64,000 nt of DNA from Naegleria gruberi (taxonomy: Eukaryota). The stretch is from assembly GCA_000004985.1 (NCBI GenBank), contig GG738851.1; one strand, written 5' to 3'. The translations under genes and the position numbers were made by a program. A model generated the notes under the pieces. The model made no database searches. It was not told the origin of the DNA and saw nothing but the letters and a program-made list of their open reading frames with translations. The stretch's first letter is position 1. Every line of letters begins with the position of its first letter. Below are positions 43,168-53,150 of the stretch, piece after piece.

Positions 43168-44505
43168 ATGATGAAAACTGTTGCTTTCAAGCTTGCAATC
43201 TTGCTTGTCTTGGCCTTGATTCTTTCTATTGGCTCAATTCAAGTCGAATCCTTTAATCTTTCGAATACTTTAACAAAGGTCATTAGCTTTGACTTTAAGA
43301 ATACCTATCTAGGCACCATGTTGAGAAACAAACTCTACGGCTCCACTGTTATTCAACACTCCATTCCTTCTTCCATCACTAAGAAATTCACTCAACAAAG
43401 ACTTCTCCAATTAAGAGCCATGACTGACAGAGATTGTGACCATTCTCATCATGGAAACAATCAAGATTCCTCCCTGATCTGCCAACAAGAATTCAACTTC
43501 CATTTCAATTCTGTCAATGGAGTTGTCAAGGGCAAGAGATGGATGCAAGATTTACTCTCCAAAATTGGAAATACACCAATTACCAAATTGAAAATTCCAG
43601 CCACTCACGATTCGGCCACCTACAACGTCTCAACAAGTCAAGATTACAGTTCTGACACTCTATCTGATCCAAGTATGCTATTAATTCCACAATTGGTTCA
43701 AATCTTCCAAGCTTATGGTTTGAACACTCAACGTGTTAAGCAATTTGTTGCTCCTTGGTTCAAGAATCAAGAATGTTCAATTTATCAACAGTTGAATCAT
43801 GGTATTAGACATTTGGATTTGAGGGTTTGTAAGCAAAGTACTGGAACAACCGCTGAAACAAAGTATGTTGCTTGTCATGGAATTGTCAGTGTGACAATTG
43901 CAAATGTCTTGAGACAAGTTAAACAATTCTTGAATGAAAATAAGAAGGAAATTGTTACTTTGGATTTCAATCACTTGTATGGATTTTCCACACAAAATGA
44001 TCATTTGGAATTCGTTAACATGAGTAGAACCATTTTAGGAAGTGACTTGTTGATTAATCCTTCCCAATTCACTACAAATAGCACACTCAATCAAATTTTC
44101 ACAACCAGTCAAAGAGTATTCTTCTATTATGTCCACACTGCAACTGTAATTAACTATGGCTCTCAATTTAATCTCTTCCCAAGTTGGAAAATTGACACTC
44201 GTTGGGCCAACAAGCAAGATATGACATCTCTCAAAACTGAAATTCTTGTCGAGTTGAACTCTAGAACTGATTTCCGATATGGATTCGTCTCCCAAATTGT
44301 AATGACTCCAGATTTGAATATGATGGTCAATGGATTATTCGAATCTCCAAAATCAGTGAAGGAATTGGCAACAATGAATTATGGAGTGATTCCAACATGG
44401 ATTTCGAATGATCTTCCAGATTCTAAGATGAATGTTGTTAATGCTGATTATTATCACTTGTTTGGTGACGATTTCGTTTCTGCAGTTATTGCACAAAACT
44501 TGTAA
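43168..44505 (+). CDS. Secreted PI-PLC X-domain-containing (PLC-like phosphodiesterase) protein
   Basis: N-terminal signal peptide (MMKTVAFKLAILLVLALILSIGS). PI-PLC X-box landmarks IPATHDSATYN and NHGIRHLDLRV (the catalytic His pair context). 445-aa single exon. Confidence 0.65.
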   Translation: MMKTVAFKLAILLVLALILSIGSIQVESFNLSNTLTKVISFDFKNTYLGTMLRNKLYGSTVIQHSIPSSITKKFTQQRLLQLRAMTDRDCDHSHHGNNQDSSLICQQEFNFHFNSVNGVVKGKRWMQDLLSKIGNTPITKLKIPATHDSATYNVSTSQDYSSDTLSDPSMLLIPQLVQIFQAYGLNTQRVKQFVAPWFKNQECSIYQQLNHGIRHLDLRVCKQSTGTTAETKYVACHGIVSVTIANVLRQVKQFLNENKKEIVTLDFNHLYGFSTQNDHLEFVNMSRTILGSDLLINPSQFTTNSTLNQIFTTSQRVFFYYVHTATVINYGSQFNLFPSWKIDTRWANKQDMTSLKTEILVELNSRTDFRYGFVSQIVMTPDLNMMVNGLFESPKSVKELATMNYGVIPTWISNDLPDSKMNVVNADYYHLFGDDFVSAVIAQNL

Positions 44506-44578
44506 ATAAACTAGAGCACAATTTTGATAAAAAGTATCTATCCTATTTTCTGCATTGTTAGAGAATGAAATTATTGAA

Positions 44579-46045
44579 TTATCGAGAATTGATTTTTTCA
44601 ATCATTTGTATGAGGAAAGTACGATCCTTCAAGAGGTAATTGTACTCGTCTCTTGTAATAAAATTATAGGTCATTAATGCTTCCATGATAATTTCTCTAT
44701 CGTGCTTAAAGTAAGTTCCACATTCAAAGAATGCAGATCCATTAAGTTTCACTGCTTCCAGTACGAATTCTCTGTCCTGTTTCACAATTTCTGGGCATTC
44801 CAATATAGCAAGAGTATTGTGTTTGAAATATGCCAAAATGACATCTCTGTCCTGCTTTAACTCGTCAGCAGCATATTCAGCAACTCTTGGATTAATATCG
44901 ATTGCCTCCAAAATAAACTCTTTTTCTTTGATCAAATCTGTTGAATAGGTTATAGCTCTGGGATTGATTTTGATAGCTTTCTTGATGATTTCAACATCTG
45001 ATTTTAAACTTGGAAGAGCAGCATAACCCAGAGCATACCCATTAGAGGAAACTGCCAAGTAAACCAAATCTCTATCTCTCCTTAAACTTTCGTGAGCATA
45101 TTTGAAAGCGCATCCCTCTTGAGTAATAGCTGCTGTCACAATTTCCACATCCTGTTTGAGTGATTCGTCAGCATCCTTTAGTGCATCTCCACATTGTTTT
45201 ACTGCCTCTAATACTATCTCTTTGTCCTTTCTAAATTGATGAGGAACTCTACCAAGCACTTTTCCATTTCTTTTAACGGCTTGAAGAGCAAATTCTCTGT
45301 CGTTCTGTATTTCTGGACTTGCCAGTAGAAATCCTGCAACATAATTAGGTCCAATTGATTCCAAGAGTATTTCCCTATCTTGTTTAACATATTTTGCGGC
45401 AAATTGAATAGAAGTTCCATCAAGTTTGACAGCATTTAACAAAATTTCTCTATCTTTTTTCATATTTTCTGGAATGGTCATTATTGTAATAATTGGGTTC
45501 TTTTTGACAGCCTCAAAAACTACCTCTCTATCATTTTTCAATTCCTTGCTGCAATGTGAAAAAGCACTCATCGAATTTCTGATAGCTTTCAACACTAATT
45601 CTCTATCCGACCTAAGATCTTCATTTGCAAACTCCAAGGCATCTCCACATCCATTCTCAATAGCCAATCGTACCAATTCTTGATCGTTTCGCAACTCGTT
45701 TACCATCAGTTCAAAAGCTCTCCCATTCACTCTCAAAGCCTTCATCACAAATTCTCGATTTTTCTTCAATTCATTACTTGCATCATAAATTCTACAAAAA
45801 TCCAATCGGATAGCCTTCAGCATAATCTCTTCATTGTTTCTCATACACTCAGAGATGAATAAATTATCCAACTTCATCCTCTCCAATGCCAGTCCATACA
45901 TGATCGGATCAAATTCGAATAGTTGGGCAATTTCGGAAAAGAAGGGAATTGCCTTGAGAGCCTTTCTTTCCAGGTCATATTTTTCTCGTAAAATTCGTGA
46001 TGAACAGTTTGTATCTAAAAGCAAAATTGTGCAATGTGTTGTCAT
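44579..46045 (-). CDS. DUF4116-like repeat protein (about 11 tandem ~38-aa units); paralogous to the N-terminus of the 34819 gene
   Basis: Repeats of the pattern DREFVLEAVKLNGSAF / DREIIMEAL / DRDVILAYFKHNTLAI / DREILLESIGPNYVAGF / DKEIVLEAVKQCGDAL / DVEIVTAAITQEGCAF. ATG at 46045. 488 aa. Confidence 0.65.
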   Translation of the reverse strand: MTTHCTILLLDTNCSSRILREKYDLERKALKAIPFFSEIAQLFEFDPIMYGLALERMKLDNLFISECMRNNEEIMLKAIRLDFCRIYDASNELKKNREFVMKALRVNGRAFELMVNELRNDQELVRLAIENGCGDALEFANEDLRSDRELVLKAIRNSMSAFSHCSKELKNDREVVFEAVKKNPIITIMTIPENMKKDREILLNAVKLDGTSIQFAAKYVKQDREILLESIGPNYVAGFLLASPEIQNDREFALQAVKRNGKVLGRVPHQFRKDKEIVLEAVKQCGDALKDADESLKQDVEIVTAAITQEGCAFKYAHESLRRDRDLVYLAVSSNGYALGYAALPSLKSDVEIIKKAIKINPRAITYSTDLIKEKEFILEAIDINPRVAEYAADELKQDRDVILAYFKHNTLAILECPEIVKQDREFVLEAVKLNGSAFFECGTYFKHDREIIMEALMTYNFITRDEYNYLLKDRTFLIQMIEKINSR

Positions 46046-46142
46046 TTTTTTTGTAAAGTTTTTAACAAAGAAGTTCTTGTTTCAATGTTAGTTCCTCAAT
46101 TTAGTTCTTATACGTATTCATATCTTTTTAAGATGATCGTAA

Positions 46143-46231
46143 GGCGGCTTAGCACAGTGGCAGTGCATCAGTCTTGTAGGCAGAAATGCTGAGATAACTG
46201 AGGGTCGAGGGTTCAATTCCCTCAGTCGCCT
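46143..46231 (+). tRNA. Intron-containing tRNA; anticodon reads UGU (Thr) under the standard 37/38 intron position
   Basis: GGCGGCT-TA-GCAC-AGTGGCA-GTGC-A-TCAGT-CTTGTA[GGCAGAAATGCTGAGAT]A-ACTGA-GGGTC-GAGGG-TTCAATT-CCCTC-AGTCGCC-T. All four stems pair. The 17-nt insertion sits where nuclear tRNA introns are located. Followed by TTT. Confidence 0.75.
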
Positions 46232-46629
46232 TTTGTCATTTTCATATTTTTTTACATTCTGTTTACTAGTATGGCAATCAGTAACCAACATATTCTTTAT
46301 TATCATAATAACTTCGGCTGATCATTTTCAAGCCTTCCTTGGTTGTATCCAGACAAGGCTTTCATAAAACTACCAAAAAAAATACATCATCACTATCTGT
46401 GGTTGAAAACACACTCATTGTAGTAGGCTTTTTGATTGTTTCGCAAACATTTCAAAGCCTTTTTTTGCTAATAGTAGTATTGTGTGATCACCATCATCAT
46501 TGTCTGCTCTGATTGTATAAACAACAAAAAGAACAATAACATCACAACGGAGGAATTTTTGATAGTACATATATAAATATTTAATATTTAATTATTATTA
46601 TTTAATAATCGAGAGAGAATATATTCAAA

Positions 46630-48018
46630 ATGGTTAGAAGTGATTTGAAAGTAAAGTGGAAATTGAGAAATTCCGGACAAGTAACAATAAGAGCAGGACA
46701 TTGTGCTGCCAATATTCCTGGAACTCCACTTATGTATGTCTTTGGAGGAAGTAATAATCACTTAGGTGATCACATACCTTCAAAGGAATTTGATGTCTAC
46801 AATTGCAATACAAACTCTTGGAGAAGAGCAGGTATTCATTCCGATGTACCTGAAGAGGATGCTAAAATTCCAAGACCAAAACCAGTAGTTGGATCTTCAC
46901 TTGTTGGTGTTGAGAGAGGACAAATGATTGGAGAATTAAGTTATGCCACTAGTACTATTGCAGAAAATCAAGAACCACACTCTGCTCTTATATTGTATGC
47001 TGGTTGGAGTAGTGATTCATTGATAAATGATCTTTGGAAATTTAATTGCAAAACAGAAAAGTGGATTAATCTTACAGATAAGCAAAAAGGATCTATTCCA
47101 TCACTTCGTTCAAATCATAGTGCTGTTGTTATTGATAATCAAATGCTTGTTTTTGGAGGAATAGGAGAAGAATTAGAAGATTTAAAGCAAGATATGTACA
47201 TTTTGGATTTACAGACATTGCATTGGAGGAAAGTTGCTCTTGAAGAAAGTGACGAAAGACCACCAGCAAGTAGATCACATGCTTGTTGTGTACATAGAAA
47301 GAGTATGATTTTATTTGGTGGAGGTACTGATAAGGTGTGCTTTAATCACTTGTATAGATTTGATCTCGAAGTGGAAAGATGGACTAAAATCAAACCAAAT
47401 AAGAGTGAAGAATTGAAAGAAGCTGAACGTGATCCAACAAAACCAATTCCTTCCAACTTGGTGTTAATAGAACCTGAGCCAAGAATGTTCCCTAATGCAG
47501 TTATATATGACACTGATAGAATGTTTTTATTTGGAGGTAGAAATGGTAAACAAAAGATTAATGAAGTGTGGCAATTTGACTTTTTGAATAATCAATGGAA
47601 TTTAATGCAGGTTGGTGACTATTCTGAGGATGATAATAGCACTCTTGTACTAAATGATGATGATATGGCTGGTGTTGAAGAAACTAATGAACCATCCTTC
47701 CCTCCAGTTCAAGCACAACATGCTATGCAAAATGATGACATGACAGATGCTTCTCCATTACCATCCCCTCTTACTCCATTCTTAAAGAAACATCCAATCA
47801 AGCCAACTCCTAGAACAGGTGGAAATATGACAGTTGTTACAACTGGTAAAACAATTGGACCAAAGTTTGACAAGATTCTTGTCTTTGGAGGTAATGATAC
47901 CAAAGGAAAATTGAACGAAGTTTGGGAATTAATTGTCAATCAAAGAACATATACTAAGAATCTCGAAAAGTTGGTTAATTCATCACTTTTTTCAGATATC
48001 GACGTAAAGTTATTGTAA
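46630..48018 (+). CDS. Kelch-repeat (beta-propeller) protein
   Basis: Repeated Kelch blades with the GG...W pattern (YVFGGSNNH...WRRAG; ILYAGWSSD..NDLWKFNCKTEKWINL; MLVFGGIGE...DMYILDLQTLHWRKV; MILFGGGTD...LYRFDLEVERWTKI; MFLFGGRNG...NEVWQFDFLNNQWNL; ILVFGGNDTKGKLNEVWEL). Confidence 0.7.
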   Translation: MVRSDLKVKWKLRNSGQVTIRAGHCAANIPGTPLMYVFGGSNNHLGDHIPSKEFDVYNCNTNSWRRAGIHSDVPEEDAKIPRPKPVVGSSLVGVERGQMIGELSYATSTIAENQEPHSALILYAGWSSDSLINDLWKFNCKTEKWINLTDKQKGSIPSLRSNHSAVVIDNQMLVFGGIGEELEDLKQDMYILDLQTLHWRKVALEESDERPPASRSHACCVHRKSMILFGGGTDKVCFNHLYRFDLEVERWTKIKPNKSEELKEAERDPTKPIPSNLVLIEPEPRMFPNAVIYDTDRMFLFGGRNGKQKINEVWQFDFLNNQWNLMQVGDYSEDDNSTLVLNDDDMAGVEETNEPSFPPVQAQHAMQNDDMTDASPLPSPLTPFLKKHPIKPTPRTGGNMTVVTTGKTIGPKFDKILVFGGNDTKGKLNEVWELIVNQRTYTKNLEKLVNSSLFSDIDVKLL

Positions 48019-48170
48019 AGAAAATAAAATCAAGAATATTCAAAATATTAAGCCTTTCAATAATGTTTGAAATATTTCATTTATTGGACTCAAATATAAA
48101 ACACAACGATACAAATAACAATTATGAAATAGTATGAATTTGAAATTGACATGACCACCTAGATTTTTAT

Positions 48171-48689
48171 TTAACCAGTTCTCAAGATGATGTGAACTCC
48201 AGAGTCAGTTGAAACAATATCACTCAATTCTCCAATCTTTAAACGGAATGAAGCATCTTCGAATGGTTTTTGCATTTGACCACGTCCAAAGAAGCCAAGA
48301 TCACCTCCTCTCTTTGCACTACTACAATCACTATGGACGGAGGCTAATTCTTGGAATTTTTCAGCCATATCTTCAGCATTGAAAATATCCTCTCTCAATC
48401 CTTCCAATATTTCCGTAGCATCCTTTTTCGATCGTGTAATATTCTTTTCCTTCCATGATGATGGATTCCTAGATTGATTATGTTTAATCAACAAGTGGCT
48501 AACCTTGACTTGCTCACCATCATCATTATTATTATTAGTATTATTATTATTGACGAGTGGTTTGGCTGATTTTGTTGGTTTTTCCCATTGTGTTTCGTTG
48601 GTAAATTTGTTGATGTAGTAGAAAACGCCTGGTCTGCTTGAGGATTCTTTAACTCTCCAGCCCTCAGGTACAGAAGGAAGATTAGACAT
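48171..48689 (-). CDS. PIN1: Pin1/Ess1-type peptidyl-prolyl cis-trans isomerase (WW domain plus parvulin domain)
   Basis: WW domain [33 protein letters not shown] poly-Asn linker. Parvulin domain [19 protein letters not shown]...[33 protein letters not shown]...GVHIILRTG. Confidence 0.85.
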   Translation of the reverse strand: MSNLPSVPEGWRVKESSSRPGVFYYINKFTNETQWEKPTKSAKPLVNNNNTNNNNDDGEQVKVSHLLIKHNQSRNPSSWKEKNITRSKKDATEILEGLREDIFNAEDMAEKFQELASVHSDCSSAKRGGDLGFFGRGQMQKPFEDASFRLKIGELSDIVSTDSGVHIILRTG

Positions 48690-49047
48690 TTTTTCTTATT
48701 TATTAATATTAATAATAGATTGAATTGTAACGGCTACAAATATTGTTTGAAACAAAGTATTAGGAGAAGAAGAACAAGATGGCTTGTAAAAACATGATCA
48801 TCACGTAATTTTGTTTTTCTTTTGATGAAGGAATATTATTATTATAATAATAAATATAAAGAAAATTAATTTATAGATAAATATATGATGATGATTTTAT
48901 AATATTACTCGTGTGTACGAAAAGAAGGAGAATGAAACAAGATAATTCTACGATAGAGTTTCATCTTGATTCCAATTCCACTCCCAATAATTATTCACTC
49001 ATCCTAAAAAGATTTTGAAATTCCCATGATATAATAATTTACTAAAT

Positions 49048-49472
49048 TTAATCTCTCTTGTAGTCTTGTGGATATGGAGACCAACGTTCTGATGGAATTG
49101 GATAACGAGGAGCAACTGGTCTTCTCTGTTGTTGTTCAATTTTAATTCCACAAAATGTTCAATAATAATAATATTAATTCATTTAAATATTAATTCCACG
49201 ATAAAACCACAAAATGTTCAATAATAATATTGTTGATGAAGTGTAATTCATGATGGTAATGATGGTGATAATAAAAAGCGCTCGTTCCTATTGATGATGA
49301 CAATTTAAAAACATACCTCGAAAGTGGAACTAATCTTGAAAACAGGAATAGCAACCAAGAACAAACCGAGAACGGCAAACTTGAAATTTCTGCTAGCATT
49401 CTTAGAATTGGTGTAGTAGCCACCAGTTGGTGTCCAAACGTCCTTTGGATAATTCATACGATGTCCGCCCAT
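49048..49472 (-). CDS. Small single-pass membrane protein (~77 aa); join(49472..49317, 49125..49048)
   Basis: Exon 1 reads MGGHRMNYPKDVWTPTGGYYTNSKNASRNFKFAVLGLFLVAIPVFKISSTFE, then a GTATGT donor. A 191-nt intron holds a ~23-bp direct duplication. Exon 2 reads RRPVAPRYPIPSERWSPYPQDYKRD, then stop. Identity is unknown; it resembles small accessory subunits of respiratory complexes in size and shape only. Confidence 0.4.
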
Positions 49473-49665
49473 TTTTTATTTCTGTGTTCTTTAATATTAT
49501 TTAATTATTTAATAGAGATTATTTAAGATATTTAAATTGAGGCCAGTTTCAATGGAATGTTCATTCTAATGATCATTGTTATTGAATTTGGCTCCCTATA
49601 GAATATAATGGAATTTTTGTTTTTATTTTACAAGCAATAATACAAGGAGAATGATCAATTTCTTC

Positions 49666-50262
49666 TTATTTGTGATTTCTTACCCAAGGGAATGCCTTAG
49701 CATCAAGAGCTGCCTCTGTTACAACATCCATGGAAGTTGTCAAGCCAGTCCATTCATTATGTTTGTTTCTAACTAAGAGGTGATGAATACTCTTCTTCAT
49801 CAACAATTCAGCAACTTGATCTCTCTCAATTTCTTCATTACAAAATTCGAGTTGTTTATGCATGATTTGAGTGACTGGTGTAGAGGAAGGAAGACCTTCA
49901 ACGAAACCTGCCTTCACCAAATCAGTTTTTGTGATAATTCCAACAGGATCATGAAGTGAATTGACCACAACAACACTTCCGATGTGCTTTTCCACAATAA
50001 TCTTGCTAGCTTGTTCTAAAGATGCTGATTCTTCGACACAAGCAACCTAATTGAATATATAGATGATTACAAAATTGTTGTTTGATGTAAAGTTATTAAT
50101 TTTCCAAAAACGATGATGTTCCATTCCGATCCAAAAACCAAACAACAAATAAATCAATTGATCAATAATTATCAACAAATCAACGATCACCATATGTTAG
50201 AATTATTGAAAAACTTGATTATTTACCTTTTCCTTAGGAATCATAAAAAGCTTAACCTTCAT
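49666..50262 (-). CDS. CBS-domain pair protein; join(50262..50227, 50046..49666)
   Basis: Exon 1 reads MKVKLFMIPKEK, then a GTAAAT donor. A 180-nt intron ends in AG. Exon 2 reads VACVEESASLEQASKIIVEKHIGSVVVV...DPVGIITKTDLVKAG...SIHHLLVRNKHNEWTGLTTSMDVV, which is two CBS motifs. Confidence 0.6.
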
Positions 50263-50414
50263 TTTGTTTTCTGTATTTTTCTTCTGAATGTTCTCGAGTA
50301 TATTAATAGAAGCTTAAACTGTTGTTGGAAATTACAGTGATCCTTTCTCTAAAACAAATATGATTGGGTAATTGAATAATGGATTGTTTTTTATTGAACA
50401 CTTCCAAGATATAG

Positions 50415-52880
50415 TTATCGATTGTTATTGGGTGATGTTAGAATGTATTTGAAATGACTTGGATGAAATTGATTCCATTTCGAAAAGATTAATTCTTTCT
50501 GCTCAATTTGAGAAGTGTTATGGTAGAGAAATTTGAGCAATACAAGGGATGGATATTGTAGCGATTGCTTGGAGTGTTTGAGGTTGAGTCTTGTTCTTTT
50601 GATGAGATCTTTCAATGAGGAAATTCTATCATGTAGTGTGTAATTGGAGCTAATGTCTTGCCCTCTCCTTATTAAAAGTGGAACCGCTCTCAGTAGAATA
50701 TCTTCATAGGTGGTAATCTCTTCCTGGCTCATCTCGTTAAAATAATGAGCTTCACAGTAGGCAGCCTTATAATGTTTCAACTTTTGACTGGTACTTAACC
50801 ATGTATACTTTTCAGAGACAAGGTCTTTGATGAGGAGATGGGTTTGAGGTAGGAGATGTACACCCTTGTCTGTCAAGATTTTGAATAGTCTTGCTCGTTG
50901 ATAGTCATAGGTCATGAGCCTGTATAGAGTTAATTCACTTTCAGGAATTGGAGACATACATCCAAATATTCCGACCAGATGTTCCTCTGTGTCCTTACCT
51001 ATGCTGGATTTCAAAACAAATGTGGTAAGGAAATTCATAACCTGTTTCCTTATTGAAGTGATTGATGGAAAATTTTGCTCTGGTGAAGATTCTGTGTTTG
51101 ACGATTCAATATGCTGAACATTATTCAACTTGTTAAATCTTGACTCTAATGTTTGAGCAAGGTGGGAGATTCCTTTCTGGGGGAAGAGATCTGTATTTCC
51201 CTTTGCAATTTCTACATTATCTTCATAGGAGGAGACTGATTCTTGTAGTGTCTTAATATCAGATGTGCTAAGGGACTTGTTCAACATGTTGGATATTAAT
51301 TGTTGTATTTCCACAATGCTAGTATTGATATGTTCATCTCTTTGATGTAGGGAGGATGATGAGGGGTTGGAAATGAAATTTCGAGCTAGTTCTCTTCTTT
51401 TTTCTATCGACTGGTCGTGCATCTCAAAGAAAGCTATTCCACTTTCATCTTTGTCATTATCCAGAAACGAATAGGACGGTTTTTGTAACAGATATCTGGC
51501 AAGTCTGTGTAAATGATTATACATGCTGAGTTTGTGTTTTGCTTGTTGTTTCACTTGTGAAGTTTTGAATTCTCTGGCTTCTTCGGATTCCTTGAAGAAT
51601 TTTTGTACTACTCTATTGATTAGATGAACGGCCTCAGAATTAAATTGGAATATGTGATGGTACAAGTCACGATACTTGTCCAATTGTGATACTTCTTCAC
51701 AAAGCTTAGAATATTTGGCATCTACTTTTTCCTTAGACCCAGTTATAGTTGTGCTTTGAAAGAATGTAAACATGTCATTTAGAGAGTCTAACAGGTTTGA
51801 ATGAGAATCCGTAATGGTCTTTCCAATTGTATAGGCTCTCAAAATATCTTTCAGTTTCCAGTTTGATATCACTTCATGTCCCAGTTGACCTTCCAAAATC
51901 TTTTCCATTTCATTCCAACATTGGTCAATTGTTACTTTTACCTTACTGCAGATTGGGCTTACTCTTTGGTGGATAGATATTTCATTCAAATGTTTTGAAA
52001 TAAATCCAATGGGTACGTTTACGTGGTGGTTGAGAACGGATTGTGGAGTAATGGCTGGTGAGCGAATAAGTATTTCCAAATCTATCACATCCATTTCTCC
52101 AACTTTCAATTCATGCAGGTTGAATGAATCATCAAACTTTTGCAAGAAACACCTCATGAATCCTTCCTCCTCTTCTGGTGCTCGAAAAGTACTATCATTC
52201 AAATCCTCTCGCGTGTTATAGTCCATTTGAATATTAGAACCAATGGAAAGAGGGTTCTCAGTGGAAATAATCGAGTTCAAGACCAAATTACGTTCCTTAC
52301 TCGTTCCATAAAGTCTTTGTAATATTTCCTGATGACTTTCAATATATTGACCAGGATTGGTAACACCATTCTTCCTCAAAACATCGATTATTTTGTAATA
52401 TTCACTTTGCAAGGATTTTAAATTTTTAGAAATATGATCCGAGGTTGAGTATTGAGCATTTCTCTGAATTTTTCTTTCACTCTTTTGTATGCCATTATTT
52501 TCATCATTTTGCATACTTAGATATTTCATCAGGAATTTTGATGTAAATTTCCTTTCGCTAACCAATTTCATAAATAATTCTTCCAATTCCTTTCTCTTTA
52601 AATTCCATCGTTTTTCAAATTGTTCAATAAAACTTGTTGACAATGCCAAATAATTTGCCAATTCTTCAATCCTCTCTCCGATGACAAATATTCTGCTCTT
52701 TCCTTCCAATTTTCCTTCCACTCTGCTACTCCATTCAACAATCAAATCTTGTAGAGAATTTTCTCTCTTTACCCTGCCATTAATTAGTAAATAATTTCTC
52801 TTCTCCTTGTGCTGATGATCATTTTGTTGTCTTCCTCCGATAATAAAACCATTCATCTCATTGAGAGAACATGATTTCAA
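50415..52880 (-). CDS. Large hypothetical protein (at least 821 aa), no recognised domain; 5' end uncertain
   Basis: Long uninterrupted ORF. It is annotated from a TTG start. The frame is open ~100 nt further upstream without an ATG, and a GTAAGC sits near 52985, so an upstream exon is likely. Confidence 0.45.
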   Translation of the reverse strand: MKSCSLNEMNGFIIGGRQQNDHQHKEKRNYLLINGRVKRENSLQDLIVEWSSRVEGKLEGKSRIFVIGERIEELANYLALSTSFIEQFEKRWNLKRKELEELFMKLVSERKFTSKFLMKYLSMQNDENNGIQKSERKIQRNAQYSTSDHISKNLKSLQSEYYKIIDVLRKNGVTNPGQYIESHQEILQRLYGTSKERNLVLNSIISTENPLSIGSNIQMDYNTREDLNDSTFRAPEEEEGFMRCFLQKFDDSFNLHELKVGEMDVIDLEILIRSPAITPQSVLNHHVNVPIGFISKHLNEISIHQRVSPICSKVKVTIDQCWNEMEKILEGQLGHEVISNWKLKDILRAYTIGKTITDSHSNLLDSLNDMFTFFQSTTITGSKEKVDAKYSKLCEEVSQLDKYRDLYHHIFQFNSEAVHLINRVVQKFFKESEEAREFKTSQVKQQAKHKLSMYNHLHRLARYLLQKPSYSFLDNDKDESGIAFFEMHDQSIEKRRELARNFISNPSSSSLHQRDEHINTSIVEIQQLISNMLNKSLSTSDIKTLQESVSSYEDNVEIAKGNTDLFPQKGISHLAQTLESRFNKLNNVQHIESSNTESSPEQNFPSITSIRKQVMNFLTTFVLKSSIGKDTEEHLVGIFGCMSPIPESELTLYRLMTYDYQRARLFKILTDKGVHLLPQTHLLIKDLVSEKYTWLSTSQKLKHYKAAYCEAHYFNEMSQEEITTYEDILLRAVPLLIRRGQDISSNYTLHDRISSLKDLIKRTRLNLKHSKQSLQYPSLVLLKFLYHNTSQIEQKELIFSKWNQFHPSHFKYILTSPNNNR

Positions 52881-53150
52881 ATATTTTTTCTGTGCCGTAA
52901 AAACTCCGCATAGAGAACTTCCATCATCAAAATTGAAATTGCAAATTTGCCTTCTTTGTTCACCATCACCATTTATTCTAACAACATAATTTACAAGAGA
53001 GTTGGAGGCAGCTTACTTGAAAATCTAAAAAACCAAATGTTGCTCATGATGGTCACTACACACAGTAATAAGAATCATCAATAGTATCGACCAAAACGGC
53101 TCCTCAGTTCGCAATTGCTTGGAGGACATAAAAAAACACAATCGGAAAAA

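Noticed and set aside
46118-46306. 62-aa minus-strand ORF overlapping the intron-containing tRNA
   Set aside because: It fully overlaps a well-folding tRNA gene, and the ORF starts inside the tRNA.
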